Program-made: the position numbers and the translations under genes | Shown here: positions 58,824-64,000 of the stretch, piece by piece | Numbering within the stretch: position 1 is the first letter of the stretch | Layout of the letters: every line of letters starts with the position of its first letter | The notes under the pieces: generated by a model | Databases searched by the model: none | Seen by the model: only the letters and a program-made list of their open reading frames with translations | What the model was told of the DNA's origin: nothing | Assembly: GCA_963835065.1 (NCBI GenBank) | Contig: CAWIEK010000044.1 | Location: 128,001-192,000, forward strand | DNA from: an uncultured Chthonomonadaceae bacterium | GTDB taxonomy: Bacteria; Armatimonadota; Chthonomonadetes; Chthonomonadales; Chthonomonadaceae | Direction of reading: 5' to 3' | DNA length: 64,000 nt

Positions 58824-59148
58824 ACGTGTCAAGCTGTTGCCCGAAGCCGAACAGGACGTGGATGAGGAAAGCGTGTATCTTGCTCAGGAAGCCAGCGCTG
58901 AAGTCGGAATCCGCTTTTACGACGCCGCACATGAAAGTTTCCGCGAACTTCTGGATATGCCGGGTATAGGTAAGGTAAAGGAAGTCAATAATCCGAAACT
59001 TTCTGACATTCGCCAATGGCAGGTGTCCGGGTTTGAGAACTACCTGATTTTCTATCGTGTGTTTCCCGGCGGCATCGAAATCATGCGCGTACTGCATGGA
59101 GCTAGAAACATTGACCACATTCTTGAACGGGAAACCGGTGAAGAGTAA
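58813..59148 (+). CDS. parE: ParE/RelE family toxin
   Basis: AEQD..MPGIG..YLIFYR..IMRVLHGARNI. Confidence 0.92.
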   Translation: MAAKRVKLLPEAEQDVDEESVYLAQEASAEVGIRFYDAAHESFRELLDMPGIGKVKEVNNPKLSDIRQWQVSGFENYLIFYRVFPGGIEIMRVLHGARNIDHILERETGEE

Positions 59149-59208
59149 AGTTTCTGTTGTGGTGATATGTTTCCGTGCTGACAAAGCCTACGCAACAATG
59201 CTGCTTAA

Positions 59209-59244
59209 AACCCGCCGTCCGGCATCGTGACCGGGCGGCGGGTT
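59209..59244. terminator. Terminator hairpin between the convergent parE and DUF1501 genes
   Basis: AACCCGCCGTCCGG...CCGGGCGGCGGGTT with an A-run on the left. Confidence 0.7.
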
Positions 59245-59271
59245 GCTGTGTGAGGCAAATGGGAACAGGCG

Positions 59272-60627
59272 CTACGCGATGAGGTCGCGGATGGGCGTTC
59301 CTTTTTCGGTGATGGAAATGGGACGGCCTACCGGAGTCATGAACGATTTGGCGGGGTTCATGCCGAGCAGGGTGGCGACGGTGGCGAAGAAGTCGGCGGT
59401 TTGTACCGGCTTGTCCGCTACTTTTGTGCCTTCCGCGTCCGTTGCGCCGTATGCCTGCCCGCCCCGAACGCCGCCGCCCGCCAAAACCGCGCTCCACGCG
59501 CCGGGGAAGTGGTCGCGGCCTTCGTTAGGGTTGATTTTCGGGGTACGTCCGAACTCGCCCATCCAGATTATCAGCGTGTTGTCCAGCATGTCGCGCTGTT
59601 TCAGGTCTTTGATTAAAGCCGCCATTGCCGGGTCGTAAATGCCCATCTGCTTTTGGGTGCGGTTGAAGTTGTCCTGATGCGTGTCCCAGCCATCCAGCAC
59701 CACTTCCACGAACCGAACGCCCGATTCCACCAGCCGCCGCGCCATCAGGCAACCCTTGCCGAAGTTGGTGTCGCCATACGCCGCCTTGACCGCATCCGGT
59801 TCCTCAGCAATTTCAAACGCTTTCAAGCGGGGTGAGCGCATCAGTTTGACGGCTTTGGCATAAACCGACTGCCGCCCCTTCACCTTGATGTCGCCCGTTT
59901 GCGCGGCGAAGTCGTTGTCCAGCATACTCAGCGCGGATTGGCGCGTGTCAAAGCGGCGATCATCCACGTTGGACGCATACTGCACATTGAGCAGCGGCTT
60001 GTCGAAGTTCTGCACCACGAGCGGGCCGTACTGTACGCCCAAAAAGCCCGCGCTGTAGCTTGGCCCCGAAATGCTCACAAAGTTCGGCATGTCGCTGTTC
60101 GGATTGCCCAATTCCTCGTTGACCCACGCGCCCAGACTCGGATGCGTCACGGTCGGGTTGGGCGTGTAGCCGGTGTGCATGAGATACTGCGCCCGCTGAT
60201 GGTTGCCCTCTTTGGTGGTCATGCTGCGCACAATCGCCAGATGGTCAGCCACGTCCGCGATCTGCGGCATGTGTTCGCAAATCTGTACGCCGCTTGCCCG
60301 CGTATTGATCGCTTTGAACGGCCCGCCCGTAGCCGCGCCCGTTTTCGGGTCCCACGTATCCAGATGGCTCGGCCCGCCGTTCATCCACAGCAGAATACAA
60401 TTTTTGGGCTTCGCCGCGCCCGCCTTGCCCAGCGCTTTTGCCATTTGCGGATCAAGGAACTGCGCGAACAGCATGCTCATCAGCCCGCCGATCCCCAGTT
60501 TCACAAACCCGCGCCGGTTCAAGTCCGCGCTCCACAAATCTATCGGGCCGGGGCAACTCCCCCCGTTTTCCTCGCGCATTCGCGCTTCTTCCTGATCTTC
60601 CAGTTCGTCCAGTTCGGTGTGGTGCAT
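59272..60627 (-). CDS. DUF1501 domain protein with a twin-arginine motif
   Basis: NRRGFVK; LWMNGGPSHLDTWDPK; WDTH; GEFGRTP; GRDH; GGAG RBS before ATG 60627. Confidence 0.93.
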   Translation of the reverse strand: MHHTELDELEDQEEARMREENGGSCPGPIDLWSADLNRRGFVKLGIGGLMSMLFAQFLDPQMAKALGKAGAAKPKNCILLWMNGGPSHLDTWDPKTGAATGGPFKAINTRASGVQICEHMPQIADVADHLAIVRSMTTKEGNHQRAQYLMHTGYTPNPTVTHPSLGAWVNEELGNPNSDMPNFVSISGPSYSAGFLGVQYGPLVVQNFDKPLLNVQYASNVDDRRFDTRQSALSMLDNDFAAQTGDIKVKGRQSVYAKAVKLMRSPRLKAFEIAEEPDAVKAAYGDTNFGKGCLMARRLVESGVRFVEVVLDGWDTHQDNFNRTQKQMGIYDPAMAALIKDLKQRDMLDNTLIIWMGEFGRTPKINPNEGRDHFPGAWSAVLAGGGVRGGQAYGATDAEGTKVADKPVQTADFFATVATLLGMNPAKSFMTPVGRPISITEKGTPIRDLIA

Positions 60628-60640
60628 GGAGGTCTCCAAA

Positions 60641-60762
60641 AAGTAGTCAGAAGTGAGTAGTCAGTAGTCAGTAGAAATGCCTGTCTACTCAGAGCCTTGT
60701 ATATTCGCCAAAGTCATGAGCAGAACGGCTACTGACTACTGACTACTCACTTCTGACTACTT
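60641..60762. repeat. Inverted tandem-heptamer element (GTCAGTA)
   Basis: Perfect 34-bp arms 60641-60674 and 60729-60762, including mirrored variant units. Confidence 0.93.
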
Positions 60763-60764
60763 CC

Positions 60765-62972
60765 TTAATGATTAAACGTGAACTCGCTGGAGTTCAGGAG
60801 CGCCCAAAACATATCTTCGTAGGCTTGCGCTTCCGGCGTCTGGCTGATGGCAGAAGCGCGGGGCGCGAAGCGGGCGAGCGGGTCATAGCCGTTGTTGCTG
60901 CCCTTTTTGCGGTTTTGTACGGCCTGCGCCAGCGCCTTGCGGTCGGCGGGAGTGGCGGCAAGCGTGTTGTTATTTCCTGACGCAGCCGGGGCGTTATTGT
61001 TCACTCCAGCGCCATTGTTATTTCCATTGTTGGCGTTAGAATTGTTATTGAAGCCGTTGTTGAAGCGGGCGGCGCGGCGTCCGGCGAACGCGGGGCCGGC
61101 GGGCGGCGCGTTGGTTTCGGAGGCGGTCACGACGGGACGGGGCGCGTGAATGAAGTCCAGCCAGCGGGTGGTTTCCTTGCTTGTCGGCTTGCGCGAAAGC
61201 GTCCGCAGGTACAACTCCTCGATTTTGGCCTCGTCGGTGTCATTGCTTGCCAGCACATCGGCCAGCGCCGTGCCGGGAATGGGAGTCGCGCCCCGGTTGA
61301 CGAGATTGCCGTTGAGCAGCATCAACGCCTGCGGGATCGTGCCCTCGAAATCCTTTTGCTCGAACTCTTCATCCACGTCGAACAGGAACGTAAACTGTCG
61401 CGACATGGCGTACTTGATTTGATCCAGCCTGCCGCCCGCAACTCGTTCCAGCAATGGCCCCATGTTGGTTGCTTCCACGAGCGAGTCCATCAATTCGTCC
61501 GGCCCCATCGGTTTCAGGCGGAAGCGTGCCCACAGTTTGTTGTCCAGATCGGCTTTTTTGGCGGGCGTGGACGACAACTGATAAACTTGCGTGGCGCAAA
61601 TCTCTCGAATCAGATGTTTCAGGTCGTAATCGTTGGCGACGAAATCCGCCGCCAGTTTGTCCAGCAGGGCGGGCGCGGTGACGGGATTGGACGGGCGAAT
61701 ATCGTCAATCGGCTCAATGAAGCCCCGGCCTAAAAAGTGGTTCCACATCCGGTTCACAATGGCTTTGGCGAACCAGGCGTTGTTGGGCGAGGTCATCCAT
61801 TCGGCAAGCGAAGCGCGGCGGTTGAACGAACCTGTAAAGTCGGTTCCATCCAGCGCGGTGGGCGCGGACGCGGCATACAGCGCGGCATCGTTGGCCTGTT
61901 TGAGACGCGGGTTCAGGCGGGCAGGAGGGCGGCGCGTTTCCACAAGATTTACTTGCCGCAGCTGCCCTTTTAGCTGCGCGGCTGTCATGGTCGGGTCTAC
62001 CGGAACCGGGCGGGCGTTGATAAAGCAGGCCGTGAAGCGCCGGAAATCGTCCTGCTTCCACTTTTCGGTCTTGTGGTCATGGCACTGTGCGCACTGTATC
62101 TGCACACCCAAAAACAGTTTGGAAGCCGTGCCGGACAGGTCTTCCGGCTTGCCCCGGAACCGCAATGTCCAGTTGGTCGCGCCGTTGACGGGTGCGGGCA
62201 GCGCGGCAGTCGTTACCTGCGCGCCGTTTCCGCCCGACATGGTGGCGTCCATCATCTTGTCGTCGCCGGACGCCATTTTATCCCCGGCAACCGTTCCGCC
62301 CGCGCCATTCGGGGGTGTGACTCGGCCCAACACTCTGCCACCCGCTTGCGCGCCTGCGCCCGCCTGCTGATTTTGCGCAATGCCGCCCTGCCCCTGCGCC
62401 TGATTGCGTTTTTGCATCAGCAATCCGGCCATGTTCGGGTTTGCGCCGTTGGGCTGGGGAACGCCGAGCGCTTTGGCGTAACTGCCGCCCTCGCTGTTGA
62501 CGCCCTGCGCGGTAATCAGGTCGTACACGAACTTGTTCCAGTGGACGTTCTGCTGAAACTCGCCGCGCAGCCATTGCTTAAAAGCGGAGCGATCCACAAT
62601 CTGCGCGTTGTCCGTGCGTCCCTTGCCCATTAAAATGCCGTCCCAGTAGGCTGTCCAGTTGTCGGCGTACTTGCCGCTTGCCAGCAGGGCGTCTACCGCG
62701 CGGGCGCGCTTGTCGGGATTGGTATCGGCCAGAAACGCGCGCATGGTTGCGGAGGGGGGAATCACGCCCACAATGTCGAGATATACGCGCCGCAAAAACC
62801 GGGCATCGTCCACAGCGGCAGCCGGAACAATGCCTTCCTTGTTCCACTCGGCGCGGATCATCTGGTCAATCTGCGCCGGGGTCAAAGCGGTTTTGCTTTG
62901 CGCCCGCGCCACGCTGTACTGGCAAAGGCTCAGGCCGGCGAACAGCCCGGCTGCCGCATAACGAAGTCTCAT
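60765..62972 (-). CDS. DUF1549 + DUF1553 (PSD1) domain protein
   Basis: FLRRVYLDIVG, QIQCAQCHDH, VNRMWNHFLGRG, PQALMLLNG, WALLNSSEF.FNH; signal peptide. Confidence 0.92.
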   Translation of the reverse strand: MRLRYAAAGLFAGLSLCQYSVARAQSKTALTPAQIDQMIRAEWNKEGIVPAAAVDDARFLRRVYLDIVGVIPPSATMRAFLADTNPDKRARAVDALLASGKYADNWTAYWDGILMGKGRTDNAQIVDRSAFKQWLRGEFQQNVHWNKFVYDLITAQGVNSEGGSYAKALGVPQPNGANPNMAGLLMQKRNQAQGQGGIAQNQQAGAGAQAGGRVLGRVTPPNGAGGTVAGDKMASGDDKMMDATMSGGNGAQVTTAALPAPVNGATNWTLRFRGKPEDLSGTASKLFLGVQIQCAQCHDHKTEKWKQDDFRRFTACFINARPVPVDPTMTAAQLKGQLRQVNLVETRRPPARLNPRLKQANDAALYAASAPTALDGTDFTGSFNRRASLAEWMTSPNNAWFAKAIVNRMWNHFLGRGFIEPIDDIRPSNPVTAPALLDKLAADFVANDYDLKHLIREICATQVYQLSSTPAKKADLDNKLWARFRLKPMGPDELMDSLVEATNMGPLLERVAGGRLDQIKYAMSRQFTFLFDVDEEFEQKDFEGTIPQALMLLNGNLVNRGATPIPGTALADVLASNDTDEAKIEELYLRTLSRKPTSKETTRWLDFIHAPRPVVTASETNAPPAGPAFAGRRAARFNNGFNNNSNANNGNNNGAGVNNNAPAASGNNNTLAATPADRKALAQAVQNRKKGSNNGYDPLARFAPRASAISQTPEAQAYEDMFWALLNSSEFTFNH

Positions 62973-63127
62973 GCTGAAATTCCTTTTCAAGAAGCTGCGC
63001 GTCAAAACTATGCAAGGGAAAAGACGAAAACGAAACAAGTGAAATCCTGCTTTCATGGACGCAATTTCGGGACAGGAGTTCACGCGAACAATGACTTTCC
63101 TAATGATTTTCGGGATTTATTTACGCC

Positions 63128-63183
63128 TTGACAACCTCTTCCACACAGATTATACTATAAAATAGTTTTCAAAGCGCTTTGAA
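63128..63183 (+). promoter_or_regulatory. sigma70 promoter with a downstream palindromic operator
   Basis: TTGACA-17-TATACT; TTCAAAGCGCTTTGAA at 63168-63183. Confidence 0.7.
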
Positions 63184-63247
63184 CTACAAAGGGCTTGGCT
63201 GCGTATAAAGGGAGAGGGAAAAGGAAAAAGGAAAAAGGGAAAAGTAC

Positions 63248-63898
63248 ATGACGATGCTGGAAGAATTTCGGGAGCCGGACCCGCCGAGCAATATGCCGAT
63301 GCGGGACCCCGATCCCCACGAGGCGGAAGAAAACCTGCGCGTGATACGCGAGTTGATGGAGCGGTCCACCAAGTATTCGACATTTTCCGGGCCGTCCGGT
63401 GTGCTTGCGGGCGCGGCATCTATTGTAGGCTGTCTGGTCACGCGCGCCCTTTCCGCGCGCCCTCCCGAATCCGACAGTTTTCGCATCCCCTTTCTTGTCA
63501 CCTGGTCGCTGGTGATCCTGTTTGCCATTGGAGCCGACTTTCTGCTGATGAAGCGGCGCGCGGCCAGAGTCGGCAAGCGCATCGTGTCGCGTCTGGGCAA
63601 GCAGATGGTGTTCGCGGCGGGGCCGGGGTTAGGCACGGGGGCGCTGCTCACGCTGTTTTTGCTTCAGCATAACCTGCTTGCCGGGGTGTACCCGCTCTGG
63701 ATGCTGTGTTACGGCATTGCCGTTTGCGCGGTAGGGCAGTTTTCGCAGCGGGAAGTGAAGGCATTGGGCGTATCGTTTTTGCTGGCAGGCGCGCTGACGC
63801 TGCTGGTTCCCGGTCTGGGCCTGCCGATGATGGCGCTCTCGTTCGGCGGTTTTCACATCGTCTACGCGCTGATTATTTCGCGCAAGGACGGCTGGTAA
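63248..63898 (+). CDS. Multi-pass membrane protein
   Basis: AEENLRVIRELMERS followed by about 6 TM segments. Confidence 0.88.
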   Translation: MTMLEEFREPDPPSNMPMRDPDPHEAEENLRVIRELMERSTKYSTFSGPSGVLAGAASIVGCLVTRALSARPPESDSFRIPFLVTWSLVILFAIGADFLLMKRRAARVGKRIVSRLGKQMVFAAGPGLGTGALLTLFLLQHNLLAGVYPLWMLCYGIAVCAVGQFSQREVKALGVSFLLAGALTLLVPGLGLPMMALSFGGFHIVYALIISRKDGW

Positions 63899-63918
63899 AA
63901 GGCGGGAGGCTGTAAACC

Positions 63919-64000
63919 ATGACCGACAGTATCACCGCAACGCCCCACGCCCCGTCCCATGCCGCCGCTTTGGAAGCCATTGATACGCTGGACGATACGC
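63919..64000 (+). CDS. Start of the next gene (partial), possibly a winged-helix regulator
   Basis: GGGAGG RBS, ATG 63919, MTDSITAT..IDTLDDT; product inferred from context only. Confidence 0.45.
   Translation, partial: MTDSITATPHAPSHAAALEAIDTLDDT

Noticed and set aside
56701..59493. DUF1501 duplicate as a DGR template/variable repeat pair
   Set aside because: Differences follow codon third positions rather than adenines, and no reverse transcriptase is in the window.

Overview
Bacterial chromosomal window with fairly GC-rich coding regions. Gene content and intergenic style suggest an Armatimonadota-like organism; this is inference only. Housekeeping genes: recG-coaD-yceD-rpmF-plsX-fabH-fabD-fabG-acpP-fabF, ppx, ilvD and purE-purK. 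Other loci: an FHA/PP2C/Ser-Thr kinase signalling cluster, a six-gene operon of uncharacterised membrane proteins (DUF6754-type) behind a perfect sigma70 promoter, a cyclase-STAND-TPR protein, and a Planctomycete-type DUF1549/1553 + DUF1501 pair. Accessory DNA: a tnpB-only IS200/IS605 element inserted exactly at the ppx start codon (deduced TAM CCAT), a 5'-truncated tRNA-Lys, several toxin-antitoxin modules, REP/MITE-like elements, and a 2.6-kb cassette that appears to have replaced the 3' end of the DUF1501 gene. The most striking unexplained structure is a family of about 20 elements, nearly all intergenic, built from inverted arms of tandem 7-mers or 8-10-mers. The repeat unit changes from locus to locus, variant units are mirrored between the two arms, some spacers are homologous, and some elements are nested or lie inside genes. 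About seven single-base frameshifts suggest residual sequencing or assembly errors.
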